Below are positions 49,287 through 59,292 of a stretch of DNA of 64,000 nt, in pieces. Made by a program: the position numbers and the translations under genes. The DNA lies in contig CAZDOY010000013.1 of assembly GCA_964507185.1 (NCBI GenBank), forward strand, positions 6,079-70,078, given 5' to 3'. Position 1 is the first letter of the stretch; every line of letters begins with the position of its first letter. The notes under the pieces were generated by a model that made no database searches, was not told the origin of the DNA, and saw only the letters and a list, made by a program, of their open reading frames with translations. The stretch is from an uncultured Thermoanaerobaculia bacterium. GTDB lineage: Bacteria > Acidobacteriota > UBA4820 > DSQY01.

Positions 49287-51152
49287 GTGGAATCGAACGC
49301 CGGCTCAAAAGACGGCGGGCAGGCCACGGGAAGCGGGCAGGACGGGCTGCAGATCCGGGAGCAGCCGTCCATCTCCCTTCCCAGGGGGCTGAAGAGACAC
49401 GCCGGCAAGGACATGACGTCCAAGGCCGGGGAAAAACTCGGAACCTTTCTCGCCACGGCCCTGTGCGGAAACGATATAACCTCCTCCTGCCTGTACGTCG
49501 CGGCCATAAGCACGTATTACGCGGGCATTCTCGCGCCCGTGGTCCTGCTGATCGTCGCCTTCGTGCTCTATCTCTACCGGTGGGTGTACGCGGAGGTCGG
49601 GGACGCCCTTCCCCTCAACGGGGGCGCCTACAACTGCCTTCTCAACGTGACGACCAAATACCAGGCGTCCATGGCCGCCTGCATGACGATCCTGTCCTAC
49701 ATCGCCACGGCCGTCATCAGCGCCAAGACGGCGGTCATGTACGCCGACAGGCTCATCCCCGCCATCCCGGAAATCTGGGCCACCATCGCCATACTTTTCG
49801 TCTTCGCCATCCTGACCATCCTGGGCATCAGCGAATCGGCCAGGGTGGCGGCGGTGATCTTCGTCTTCCACCTGCTCGTGCTCGGGGTTTTTGCGCTGCT
49901 CGGCGCCTACAGGGTCTTCACGAGCCCGGCCCAGCTCGAGATCAACATGTCCATCCCCCCGCCGCACTCGCTCGGCATAGCCCTCTTTTTCGGCTTTTCC
50001 GCCGCCATGCTCGGGGTGTCCGGCTTCGAAAGCAGCGCCAACTTCATCGAGGAACAGAAAGACGGGGTCTTCCCCAAGACGCTGCGGAACATGTGGGGCA
50101 TCGTCACCGTCTTCAATCCCCTCATCGCCCTGCTCGTGCTGGGGCTCATGCCCATGGGCGCCATTTCTGAGGCCAAGGATTTCCTGCTGGCCGACGCGGC
50201 GAACATCATGGCGGGTCACTGGTTCCAGCGGATCATCGCGCTGGATGCGGTCCTCGTGCTGTCCGGCGCCGTGCTCATGAGCTTCATCGGCGTGACGGGG
50301 CTCGTGCGGCGCATGGCGCTGGACCGTTGCCTGCCCCAGTTCCTTCTCAAGACCAACCGAAGGAACACCCACCACCGGATCATCCTGACCTTCATGCTCC
50401 TGTGCGCGTCCATCATCGTCCTCACAAAGGGCGAACTCCTTTCCCTCGCCGGTGTGTACACGATCTCGTTCCTCGGCGTCATGAGCCTCTTCGCCCTGGG
50501 CAACATCCTGCTCAAAATCCGCCGGACCAAATTGCCCCGGCGCTTTCGCGCAGGCTGGCCGACGGTCTTCCTGGCGCTGTGCGCGACGCTGCTGGGCATC
50601 ATCGGAAACGCCGTGATGAATCCCCAGAACATGGCGTTCTTCCTGACCTACTTCGTCCCCACCCTCCTGCTCGTAACGCTCATGCTCTTCCGGCACCACC
50701 TCCTCCGCTTCATCCTCCTGGTCGCCAACGACATGGTCGCCCGGGTCCGCGTCACCAACCACAAACTGAACGCGCTCGTCCAGAAGTATCTCGAGGTCCT
50801 CCACAGCCAGGGGGTCATCTTTTTCACCAAGGGGGATTCCGTGGCCAACCTGAACAAGGCGTTCCTTTACGTCATGAACAACGAGATCACGCGGAGGGTC
50901 ACTGTGTTCCACGTCTACGAGGATCCCGCCGACGTGCCCGCTCGTCTGGAAGAGGACTTGAAGACCCTCGACGAAATCTACCCCGAGCTGCACATCGAAC
51001 TCGTAAAGCGCAAGGGCACCTTCGGCCCCGAATTGATCGAGGATATCTCCAGGGAGTACCAGATCCCAACGAACTACATGTTCATCGGCGCCCCGGGGAG
51101 CCACTTCCCCCACCGCATATCCACCCTCGGCGGCGTGAGGGTCATCATCTGA
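49287..51152 (+). CDS. APC-family permease with a C-terminal cytoplasmic domain of about 150 aa
   Basis: A 12-TMS core (NGGAYNCLLNV...) plus a soluble C-terminal extension. The N-terminal 40 aa may be over-called, since an ATG MTSKAG lies near 49413. Confidence 0.7.
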   Translation: MESNAGSKDGGQATGSGQDGLQIREQPSISLPRGLKRHAGKDMTSKAGEKLGTFLATALCGNDITSSCLYVAAISTYYAGILAPVVLLIVAFVLYLYRWVYAEVGDALPLNGGAYNCLLNVTTKYQASMAACMTILSYIATAVISAKTAVMYADRLIPAIPEIWATIAILFVFAILTILGISESARVAAVIFVFHLLVLGVFALLGAYRVFTSPAQLEINMSIPPPHSLGIALFFGFSAAMLGVSGFESSANFIEEQKDGVFPKTLRNMWGIVTVFNPLIALLVLGLMPMGAISEAKDFLLADAANIMAGHWFQRIIALDAVLVLSGAVLMSFIGVTGLVRRMALDRCLPQFLLKTNRRNTHHRIILTFMLLCASIIVLTKGELLSLAGVYTISFLGVMSLFALGNILLKIRRTKLPRRFRAGWPTVFLALCATLLGIIGNAVMNPQNMAFFLTYFVPTLLLVTLMLFRHHLLRFILLVANDMVARVRVTNHKLNALVQKYLEVLHSQGVIFFTKGDSVANLNKAFLYVMNNEITRRVTVFHVYEDPADVPARLEEDLKTLDEIYPELHIELVKRKGTFGPELIEDISREYQIPTNYMFIGAPGSHFPHRISTLGGVRVII

Positions 51153-51167
51153 AGCACGAAGGATATC

Positions 51168-51206
51168 GGGGACTTGGGAATTGGGATTTTGGATCTGGGA
51201 TTTAAA
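51168..51206. repeat. Right copy of the inverted repeat flanking the transporter block
   Basis: GGGACTTGGGAATTGGGATTTTGGATCTGGGATTTAAAGG. Its reverse complement aligns with 46049..46090. Confidence 0.5.
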
Positions 51207-51442
51207 GGACGGCTTGGGACGGGCCTGCGAAGCCGCCGGTGAGAACCGCCGGGCTTTGAAATGCCCCTTAACTTCTTAACGCCTTCACCGCGCCGCGCTA
51301 CGCGGTAAGCCGTCCGCCGTCTTCTTCGTGCCACCGACCATCGACAATTCGCTGGCGATCAAAACCTCGGAGGACTACCCGCGCCCTACTCACCTACTCA
51401 CGGAATCCCTTACTCACCCCTTCCACAAGACCACTCGATCAC

Positions 51443-52777
51443 TTAATCACCTGCCCCCGCCATCGCCTTGCGGAAGGGGAAGAGCAGGTAGGTGAGCGAC
51501 GCCGTCCGGCCGAACATGAAGGCCGCCGCGGCGGCCGTGACGCCGACCAGATCGAAGCCCTTGATCCCGAGCATGAGCCCGAACACGATGCCGCACACCT
51601 CGATGGCGGTGCCCCACGTGATGGGCCGGGTCACGCGCGAGGCCACCAGCATGGACCGCAGGAAGGAGAGCATGACCGACAGCGCGGGCATCAGCGCCAG
51701 TATCCGGATCGGCGTCACCGCCACCCTGGTCAGCTCCGGAGACAGGCCCGAAACCCCTTCGAACCAGACGCCCGTGAGCGGGGTGAAGGCGATGCACGCC
51801 AGCCCGCTCGCGGCCAGCACCCCGAGCACCGTGGCGAACCGCCTCAACGACCGGTAGCCCTCCCGGTGCGGCCCCAGAAGCGCGATGCCCACTTCCTGGA
51901 AGGCCAGCCCCATGCTCCTGAACAGGAACACCAGGGTGTTCACCACCGGCAGGACGGCCAGCGACTCGATGGCCATGCGGCTGTGGCCGAGGAAGAACGT
52001 GACCAGCGGATTGACGCCCAGCGTCAGCATGGACGTGAGGGCGAGCGGATAGTAGAAGCGCCAGATGAACCTGTAGGTCAGCGGTTCTCTCGGCGCCGTC
52101 GGATCGACCGGTTCCGGCCGCTCGTTGCGGCGAAGCCGGCCGATGCTGCCCCACGCCATGAGCCGGCTGAAGGCGGCCTCCGTCGTGACCCCCGCGGAGA
52201 GCGCCGCAGCACCCACCAGGGCGCCCGGGAGCCTGTAGACGAGGAAGAGCACCAGGGCCGTCGAGGCCATGAAGACGAGCCGCACCACGGTGCCGTAGGC
52301 CACCCTCCGCGTCAGCCCGTGCCTGATGAGGATCCCGTGGTTGAAGCGCCTGTACCCGATCGCCCCCGGCCAGGGCAGGAGCAGGATGCAGGCGATGTGC
52401 GTCAGGCGCGCGACGTTCGCGGGCAGGCCCATGAGGCGCTCGGTCATGAAGTAGAAAAACGGGGGCAGCAGGCACAGCCCGAAGAGAACGGTGATCAGGA
52501 CGTTCAGGGAGTAGGTGAAGGCCCTCAGCCGGGTGAAGGACACGCGGTCCTCCACCAGGGCGGTGGAGGCGCTCATGATGAGGATGATGGGCGATTCCAG
52601 AAGCAGGGCGAAGGCGAAGGCGACGCCGTAGGCGGCCAGATTGTACTTCGCCTCCGGCAGACGGGCGATCACGGCCGCGAGAAAGGGCCCCTCCACGGAC
52701 ATCATCAGCCACGTGGCGGCGAGCGGCATCCAGAATTTGAATATCCGGCCCTGCGTGAGTCGGCGACGCTCTTCCAT
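51443..52777 (-). CDS. MATE/MOP-superfamily efflux transporter or flippase
   Basis: 12 predicted TM segments with MATE-like N-terminal helices. The same-strand ORF 51447..52790 in another frame is an artefact. Confidence 0.55.
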   Translation of the reverse strand: MEERRRLTQGRIFKFWMPLAATWLMMSVEGPFLAAVIARLPEAKYNLAAYGVAFAFALLLESPIILIMSASTALVEDRVSFTRLRAFTYSLNVLITVLFGLCLLPPFFYFMTERLMGLPANVARLTHIACILLLPWPGAIGYRRFNHGILIRHGLTRRVAYGTVVRLVFMASTALVLFLVYRLPGALVGAAALSAGVTTEAAFSRLMAWGSIGRLRRNERPEPVDPTAPREPLTYRFIWRFYYPLALTSMLTLGVNPLVTFFLGHSRMAIESLAVLPVVNTLVFLFRSMGLAFQEVGIALLGPHREGYRSLRRFATVLGVLAASGLACIAFTPLTGVWFEGVSGLSPELTRVAVTPIRILALMPALSVMLSFLRSMLVASRVTRPITWGTAIEVCGIVFGLMLGIKGFDLVGVTAAAAAFMFGRTASLTYLLFPFRKAMAGAGD

Positions 52778-52887
52778 GAACCGTTCCCAACCGGCGCCGT
52801 CACGACTTCAGGTCTGGCCTCCTCCGGCGCCCTGCGAAACGATAGCACATAAAGGCGAAGGGCACGGCGGCCTCTCCCCCCGTCCGA

Positions 52888-54522
52888 TCAGAAGATGAAA
52901 TCCGTAGACAGGAAGCTCGAGCTGTGATCCCTCACGATGCCGTCTATCAACAGCTTGTTGGGATCGGTGGACTTGGCGGCCACGAGCGTGCGGATCGAAA
53001 AGACCCTGAGGGCGTCCGAGACCGAAAGTGTGCCTTCCCCCGAGTCCTTCCGGCTGCAGAAGGGAAAGGTGTCCGGCCCGCGCTGGCACTGGCTGTTTAT
53101 GTTGACTCTGCACACCTGGTTCACGAGCGGATCGACGAGCTTCGCGATCACGCCGGGATTCGAGCCGAAAATGCTGACCTGCTGGCCGTAATTGGAATCG
53201 ATGATATAGCGGATGGGCGTCTCGATGTCGTCGTAGGACGCCACGGGTATGACCGGCCCGAATTGCTCCTCGTTGTAGATTTTCATCTTGTCGTTGACCG
53301 GGTAAAGGATTGCCGGATAGAAGAAGGTGCCCGCCGTCGTGCCACCCTCCTCGTTGATGACATTGGCGCCCTTTTCCCTGGCGTCGTCGACGAGTTCGCT
53401 CATATGTTTCGTCTTTTCGATCTCGGGCAGCGGCGTGAGCTTTACGCCCTCTTCCCAGGGCATACCGAATTTCAGGGCCGCAACCTTCTTTGAGAGCCGG
53501 TCGAGAAAGACCCCGACGATGCTGGAATGGACCCAGAGTATCTTGAGGGCCGTACACCGCTGCCCGTTGTAGGACAAGGCCCCCAGCGCGCACTCGGACA
53601 CGGCCAGATCGAGGTCCGCGTCCGGCAGGACGATCCCGGCGTTCTTCGCCTCCAGCCCCAGGACGCACCTCAGCCGGTGCGGCTTCGGGTGCTGTTTCTT
53701 GAGGATATCCGCGGCCCGGCTGCTCCCGATGAAGGCCAGCACGTCGATCCTGTCCGATCCCATCAAGGGGTGCGCCACGCTCTGCCCCCGCCCGAAGACC
53801 GTATTCACCACGCCCGCCGGGAAGGTATCCTTGAACGCCTCCAGCAGCGGGGAGTGAAGCAGGACGCCGAGTCTCGGAGGCTTGAAGATGACCGCGTTGC
53901 CCATGATCAGGGCGGGAATGAGCGTCGTGAAGGTCTCGTTGAGGGGGTAATTGTAGGGCCCCATGCACAGGACGACACCCAACGGGCCACGCCGTATCTG
54001 GCCGATGATGCCCTGGTGCAGCACGAAGCGAGACGACGTGCGGTCGAGGTCCTTCATGGCGTCCACCGTATCCCTGATGTACTCGACCGTCCTGTCGAAC
54101 TCCTTGGCGGCGTCCTCGTAGGACTTTCCGATCTCCCACATGAGCAGCTTCACGACTTCGGCCCGTTTGTCCTTCATTCTGAAGCAGAAGTCCTCGACGT
54201 ACTTGATCCGCTGGCGGACGGACATGGTCGGCCACAATCCCCTTCCGTGGTCGTATGCCTTCACCGCGGCCTCCAGGGCCTCCATCGACTCCTTCTCGGT
54301 CATGAGGGGATAGCGGCCCAACAGCTTCGGCTCGGGGCCGTTCGCCGTCTTGACCGGGACCGCCGCCAGCACGTCGCGGAAAGGGCCATCCCACCGGCGC
54401 AGCTCGCCGTTCACGAGGTACTTGTCGCAGATAATCGGTTCGTCGATCCGGAATTCGAGGGGAACCTCGCTCTCCGCCGGAAACATGTTCTCTATTCTCT
54501 CGTGCAGGTTCATTCGGGTCAT
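52888..54522 (-). CDS. Aldehyde dehydrogenase family protein, GapN-like (non-phosphorylating NADP GAPDH type)
   Basis: ALDH catalytic Cys in GQRCTA, the general-base Glu in LGLEAKN and an FKPP cofactor loop. Confidence 0.75.
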   Translation of the reverse strand: MTRMNLHERIENMFPAESEVPLEFRIDEPIICDKYLVNGELRRWDGPFRDVLAAVPVKTANGPEPKLLGRYPLMTEKESMEALEAAVKAYDHGRGLWPTMSVRQRIKYVEDFCFRMKDKRAEVVKLLMWEIGKSYEDAAKEFDRTVEYIRDTVDAMKDLDRTSSRFVLHQGIIGQIRRGPLGVVLCMGPYNYPLNETFTTLIPALIMGNAVIFKPPRLGVLLHSPLLEAFKDTFPAGVVNTVFGRGQSVAHPLMGSDRIDVLAFIGSSRAADILKKQHPKPHRLRCVLGLEAKNAGIVLPDADLDLAVSECALGALSYNGQRCTALKILWVHSSIVGVFLDRLSKKVAALKFGMPWEEGVKLTPLPEIEKTKHMSELVDDAREKGANVINEEGGTTAGTFFYPAILYPVNDKMKIYNEEQFGPVIPVASYDDIETPIRYIIDSNYGQQVSIFGSNPGVIAKLVDPLVNQVCRVNINSQCQRGPDTFPFCSRKDSGEGTLSVSDALRVFSIRTLVAAKSTDPNKLLIDGIVRDHSSSFLSTDFIF

Positions 54523-54949
54523 CCTCCAGTCGACAGGTCAACCGCGGGCCGCCGAAGCGCATTCTGACCCTGCCGGGAGTCCTGCGGCGGGCGCGGCTTT
54601 TCTCAAATCCATGTCGTTTACCTATGATAACCTACTTACCGCTTCGTTGCCACGAAACAGAGAACGTTGAACGATGATTCCATCAGGCATCGTCTTTTCC
54701 CCGGGAGCGACCACAGAAGAGAGCCGGGTGTTCTCGATGGGGGTAGACGGACCGCCTCCATGTGTGGTGTTCTGCCTCCAGGCGAACGGGCTCGACCGCC
54801 CTTCTTCGAATGGAAGAGGCCCGTGCGACGTTACCTATGGATGCCGGTGGGCTGGAAAACTCGAGCGCCGAGGCATCCAGCCGGCGGCGAAAGATCGAAA
54901 ACTCGCACCGGCCCCATCCCCGAGGGCCGGACATATTTGGAGGAAATAG

Positions 54950-57079
54950 ATGAACAATAACCACAGGTTCGATTACATCCCGGAAAGGATCCGCGGCCTC
55001 GGCAGACTGGCCTTCAACCTGTGGTGGTCGTGGCATCCCTCCGCCCGCGCGCTCTTCTGGGCGCTCGACCTCCAGTCGTGGCACGAGAGCGGCCACAATC
55101 CGCTGAAGATGCTCACCATCCTGCCTCCTGACGTGTTGGCCACCGCGGCGTCCGACCCGGATTTTCTCGCCCGCTACGACGCCGTGATGGAGCGCTTCGA
55201 GCACGAGACCGAGTCTTCCGCCGGACCCTTCACGGCCGAGTTCGGGCACCTCGAGGCGCCCATCGCCTACTTTTCGGCCGAGTACGGCCTCCACGTCACG
55301 CTGCCCCTCTACGCGGGCGGTCTGGGCATCCTCGCCGGGGACTACCTCAAGGAGTGCAGCGACCTGGCCATCCCCGTCGTCGCGGTCGGCCTCAGCTACT
55401 CGCGCGGTTACGTGACGCAGAGAATCAGGGAAGACGGTTCGCCCGAGGACGTGCGCGAGACGCTGGACAGGACGCACAACCCCATCACCCAGCTCACGGA
55501 CGACAACGGCGCGCCCCTGCTGATCCAGGTCCCCATCTTCGACCCGCCGGTCTACGTTGCCGTCTGGAAGGTGTCGGTCGGCCGCATCCCCCTCTACCTC
55601 CTGGATACGGATATCGAGATCAATGCGCCGTGGGACCGGGCCATCTCCCACCACCTCTATGCCGCCACCCCCGAGCAGCGCCTCAGGCAGGAGATCGTAC
55701 TCGGGATGGGGGGGGTCCGCGTCCTGGAAGTCCTGGGCATCCGTCCCTCGGCCCTCCACATCAACGAAGGGCACCCGGCGCTCGCCGTGCTTCAGCGGAT
55801 GCGTCCGATGATCGAGGAGGGGATCTCCTTCGAGGAGGCCCTGGGCCGCGTGCGGGAGACGAGCATCTTCACGACGCACACCCCCATCTCCGCCGGCACC
55901 GACATCTTTCCGGCGAAACTGATCGAGAAGTACTTTGCAACCTGCTGTCGCGAACTGGGCATAGGACACGACGTCCTCGTGCAGATGGGCATCAACCCGA
56001 AGGACTCCGGGGCCGGCTTCAACATGACGGTCTTCGCGCTCCGGGCATCCCGCTACTGCAACGCCGTGAGCAAGCGCCACGGAGAAGTCGCGCGGGACAT
56101 GTGGGCCCATATCTGGCCCGGGGCCGCGCCGGAGAACGTGCCCATCGAGGCCATCACGAATGGCGTCCACCTCCCCACCTGGATCGACCCGCTCAAGCTC
56201 CAGCCCCTCCTCGACCAGTACCTGGGACCCGACTGGATCGAGCACCAGGACGACCCGGAGGTCTGGAAGCGCGTCGACGATATTCCGGACGAGGAGATCT
56301 GGCGCATCCACACCGACCTGAAGGTCCGCATGATCGACTACCTCAACAAACGCATCAGGGAGCGCTGGCAGGAGCGCATGATGTCGGCGGAGAGCGCCAT
56401 CGCATCGGGCGCGCTCCTTGAGACGAAGGTGCTGACCCTCGGCTTCGCGCGCCGCTTCACCAGCTACAAACGCCCGGACCTGCTGCTCCACGACGTAGAG
56501 CGCCTCAGGCGCCTGCTTCTCAATTCCTGGCATCCCGTGCAGATCATCTTCGCCGGCAAGGCCCATCCCGCAGACATCGAGGGCAAGCGCCTGATCCAGA
56601 AGATCTACAGGCTCGCCCAGGACTACAGGACGGCCGGCCGGATCGCCTTCGTGGAAGACTTCGAGCAGTCCCTGAGCAGCTACCTCGTCAGGGGCGTGGA
56701 CATCTGGCTGAACAACCCCCTGCCGCCGATGGAAGCCAGCGGCACGAGCGGCATGAAGGCCAGCGTGAACGGCACGCTCAACCTGTCGATCATGGACGGA
56801 TGGTGGGTCGAGGGCTACAACGAGGGGAACGGCTGGGCCTTCGGCGGCGAGAACGTTCAGGGCGACCGCACCCCCGCCGACGCCGAATCGCTCTACCGGA
56901 TCCTGGAGGACAGGGTCGTGCCCCTCTACTACAAGCTGTCGAACGGCGGGATTCCCACCGGTTTCGTCCGCATGATGAAGGAATCGATCAAGAGCGTCGC
57001 GCCCTACTTCAGCACGCGCCGCATGGTCAAGGAGTACGTCCACCGGTTCTACCTGAACGCCGTGGGCAAGTCCAGATAG
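54950..57079 (+). CDS. glgP: Alpha-glucan phosphorylase (GT35, short maltodextrin-phosphorylase type)
   Basis: N-terminal WSWHPSARALF, with EGHPA and the PLP-lysine region TSGMKASVNG. The antisense 800-aa ORF is spurious. Confidence 0.9.
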   Translation: MNNNHRFDYIPERIRGLGRLAFNLWWSWHPSARALFWALDLQSWHESGHNPLKMLTILPPDVLATAASDPDFLARYDAVMERFEHETESSAGPFTAEFGHLEAPIAYFSAEYGLHVTLPLYAGGLGILAGDYLKECSDLAIPVVAVGLSYSRGYVTQRIREDGSPEDVRETLDRTHNPITQLTDDNGAPLLIQVPIFDPPVYVAVWKVSVGRIPLYLLDTDIEINAPWDRAISHHLYAATPEQRLRQEIVLGMGGVRVLEVLGIRPSALHINEGHPALAVLQRMRPMIEEGISFEEALGRVRETSIFTTHTPISAGTDIFPAKLIEKYFATCCRELGIGHDVLVQMGINPKDSGAGFNMTVFALRASRYCNAVSKRHGEVARDMWAHIWPGAAPENVPIEAITNGVHLPTWIDPLKLQPLLDQYLGPDWIEHQDDPEVWKRVDDIPDEEIWRIHTDLKVRMIDYLNKRIRERWQERMMSAESAIASGALLETKVLTLGFARRFTSYKRPDLLLHDVERLRRLLLNSWHPVQIIFAGKAHPADIEGKRLIQKIYRLAQDYRTAGRIAFVEDFEQSLSSYLVRGVDIWLNNPLPPMEASGTSGMKASVNGTLNLSIMDGWWVEGYNEGNGWAFGGENVQGDRTPADAESLYRILEDRVVPLYYKLSNGGIPTGFVRMMKESIKSVAPYFSTRRMVKEYVHRFYLNAVGKSR

Positions 57080-57160
57080 GCGCACAAAAGAAGCAGGGGA
57101 TTGCGCCGCAATCCCCTGCTCCAGAGAAAGGCTCCGGGTGCGATCACCCGGCGCTTTTTT

Positions 57161-57340
57161 TCAGTCTTCGTCGCGCATGATCGACCGCACCTTGTCAGCG
57201 ACCTCCGGCGTGACCTCTTCCGGGCCGCGAAACTCCTTCGCGTGCGCCGCGGCCTCTTTCAGGGCCTCGTCTTCCGTCTCGCCCTTGATCACGGCGTCGC
57301 ACTCGAAACCGGCGTCCTTGCAGCGAATCACCTTAGCCAT
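57161..57340 (-). CDS. DUF1059-family small protein (59 aa). It is absent from the ORF track, which lists only ORFs of 60 aa or more
   Basis: Manual translation of the minus strand gives MAKVIRCKDAGFECDAVIKGETEDEALKEAAAHAKEFRGPEEVTPEVADKVRSIMRDED. This matches the MAKV.RC.D.G..CD....GETE.E......HAK..HG pattern of DUF1059 proteins. Confidence 0.55.
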   Translation of the reverse strand: MAKVIRCKDAGFECDAVIKGETEDEALKEAAAHAKEFRGPEEVTPEVADKVRSIMRDED

Positions 57341-57364
57341 TGTGCACTTCCCTTAAAGAGAATC

Positions 57365-58018
57365 CTAAAAGCCCGCCTTCCCTCTTTCACGGACCTCGTC
57401 GGCCGGCCCGATACCACAGGCCAACCTGTCGGCTGGCTCCATCAGGAGCTTCGCGCCGTCGTCCCTCCAGGCGTTGCCGTGCATGCACGCCAGCGTAGAC
57501 GGCTTCGCGGCCGCCAGCTTCTCCAGCATCGCGCGCGCGTTCTTCGTGTGCGACAAATAGTCCATCCGGACGCGGAACGCCTCGCTCGGGCCAAGGATGT
57601 CCGACTCGGTCATCGGAGGAGTATCCGAGCCGCCCTGCGTGAACAGGTCCCCGCACAGGAGCGTGGAGGCCTTCTCGTCCATCATGAAGCCGCATTCCCA
57701 CGCGTGGGGCAGGTGCGGCGTGTCGAACCAGCGCACGCTGCGCCCGCCGAGCGAGAGCGTTTCGCCCTCGGCCAGGGCGCGGGGCGCCCGGTCGGCCATG
57801 TCGCCGATGGAGATCATCGCCGCCACGTTCCCGCACACCGGCACGGCCTTCGGAGCGACGCCGAGCCATTCGTTGAGCGCCCCGCACTCGTCTGCTTGGA
57901 CGTGTGAGAAGGCAAGGTAGCGCAGCTTCTCCACCGGCATGACACTGGCCACCCCCTCCCGGACGAGCGGAAACATCTTCCGCAAGCCCGCGTGGAACAA
58001 CAGCGGTTCATCGTACAC
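57365..58018 (-). CDS. MBL-fold metallo-hydrolase-like protein (divergent HxHxDH)
   Basis: SHVQADECG (a degenerate HxHxD), a later DTPHLPH and LCGD metal-ligand candidates. Confidence 0.55.
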   Translation of the reverse strand: MYDEPLLFHAGLRKMFPLVREGVASVMPVEKLRYLAFSHVQADECGALNEWLGVAPKAVPVCGNVAAMISIGDMADRAPRALAEGETLSLGGRSVRWFDTPHLPHAWECGFMMDEKASTLLCGDLFTQGGSDTPPMTESDILGPSEAFRVRMDYLSHTKNARAMLEKLAAAKPSTLACMHGNAWRDDGAKLLMEPADRLACGIGPADEVRERGKAGF

Positions 58019-58443
58019 CCCTCGTGGAATGCCGACTGTCCTCCCACGCTCCAGTTGACGGCCGTTGCCATTGCTGGTTGGGTGCGTTTTCGCTTTTCAT
58101 TGCCCGCCGTGAGGAAATAGAATCACAGTAAGGTGAAACTCCCCGGGTAACAGTTGAATTGGGATAACCCTTGTTGTGTAACCAACTGCTTCTACCTTCA
58201 GCTAAGCAAGAGAGAAATCGTCCGTAGCATGCTCTATGGTGAAGGAAAAGTCCCCCTTCGTATTAGATTGCCTTACTTCTCTCTTATGATTATCAGAGCG
58301 TTCCATAGTCAGTAGCGCTGATTTGATAGCAACCCCAGTTGAGCTCACCGGTTTTCACGAAGCGGAGCGGGTTGCCACTCCAGTGCAGTCAGTTGCTGGG
58401 CAGTGTTTCTTCAGGCTTTCCGCATGCAAAGATAACCCCACGA

Positions 58444-59292
58444 TCAAATATGAAAACTACTCCCGGTCTGCATATCCTTAATCCGGTCGCCCATTACGGA
58501 CTTTAGGACCTTAAATGCCTTTTTGCCCGTACAATGCCCTGTATACGTGACCTCAACAGGATAGTTCATAACTGATTTGCCAATATTTTCCACATCTGTT
58601 CTTGTTCCTGCCATTAAATTGAACGGCAGCGAGGCCACAAGATGAAATCCACCGATGACCGCCTTTATGGGGACGCCCTCAAACTCTCTCGCCACGGTAT
58701 CGATCATGTTGAGGATACCGTTATGAGAACAACCCGTGAAAATTACAACCTTTCCGTTCTCTTTGACGGCCATCACAATTTCATGAGAAAAGTCATCGGG
58801 TGACAGCCTTCCTTCTCTTTTCAAGTAAAGCTGTTTATTCCCGAGCGGTTTGGGATGCGCGTCGCTGATTTTTGGAAAGATAAAAACGTCCGGAAGAATT
58901 TCAGTGGGTTTGCCGACGAACTCGAAGCGTTCCCGGTGATGATCCATGACGGCAGGGTCCAGGCCGATATATTTTTTCATAAAACCCAGAATCTTGATGA
59001 AACACTCACCATCAGGCGCATCCGCAAGATACACCTTGGCGTTGGAATTCAGTTCACAAAACCGCTTGAGACCACCGCCGTGGTCATAGTGATGGTGTGA
59101 CAGAACCGCCAGGTCAAAGGAATCGACCTTTATGGACAACTGTTCCGCATTATCGACAAATGCGCCTGAAGCCCCTGTATCAAAAAGAATCGAATGATTA
59201 TTAAACTCGATACATAAAGATAAACCCCATTCTGAAGAAAGGTCCGGTTCGGTGATGCTCTCTCTGTTTTCAATCAAGGTCGTTATTTTCAT
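58444..59292 (-). CDS. MBL-fold metallo-hydrolase
   Basis: LSHHHYDHGGG, and later FTGCSHNG, GGFH and TGHCTG. The start is at the internal ATG MKITTL. GC content is about 47%, markedly below the window average. Confidence 0.75.
   Translation of the reverse strand: MKITTLIENRESITEPDLSSEWGLSLCIEFNNHSILFDTGASGAFVDNAEQLSIKVDSFDLAVLSHHHYDHGGGLKRFCELNSNAKVYLADAPDGECFIKILGFMKKYIGLDPAVMDHHRERFEFVGKPTEILPDVFIFPKISDAHPKPLGNKQLYLKREGRLSPDDFSHEIVMAVKENGKVVIFTGCSHNGILNMIDTVAREFEGVPIKAVIGGFHLVASLPFNLMAGTRTDVENIGKSVMNYPVEVTYTGHCTGKKAFKVLKSVMGDRIKDMQTGSSFHI

Noticed and set aside
51360-51442. Three TACTCAC heptamer copies just downstream of the MATE gene stop
   Set aside because: They are short and low-information. 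They could be chance or part of the 3' UTR, and nothing else supports a regulatory role.
51447-52790. 447-aa ORF on the same strand as the MATE gene but in another frame
   Set aside because: It is R/G/P/A-rich with no TM segments. The alternative frame encodes 12 hydrophobic helices.
54683-57085. 800-aa antisense ORF opposite glgP
   Set aside because: It has a low-complexity G/R/A/P/D-rich composition typical of GC-rich antisense frames. The plus-strand gene has clear phosphorylase motifs.
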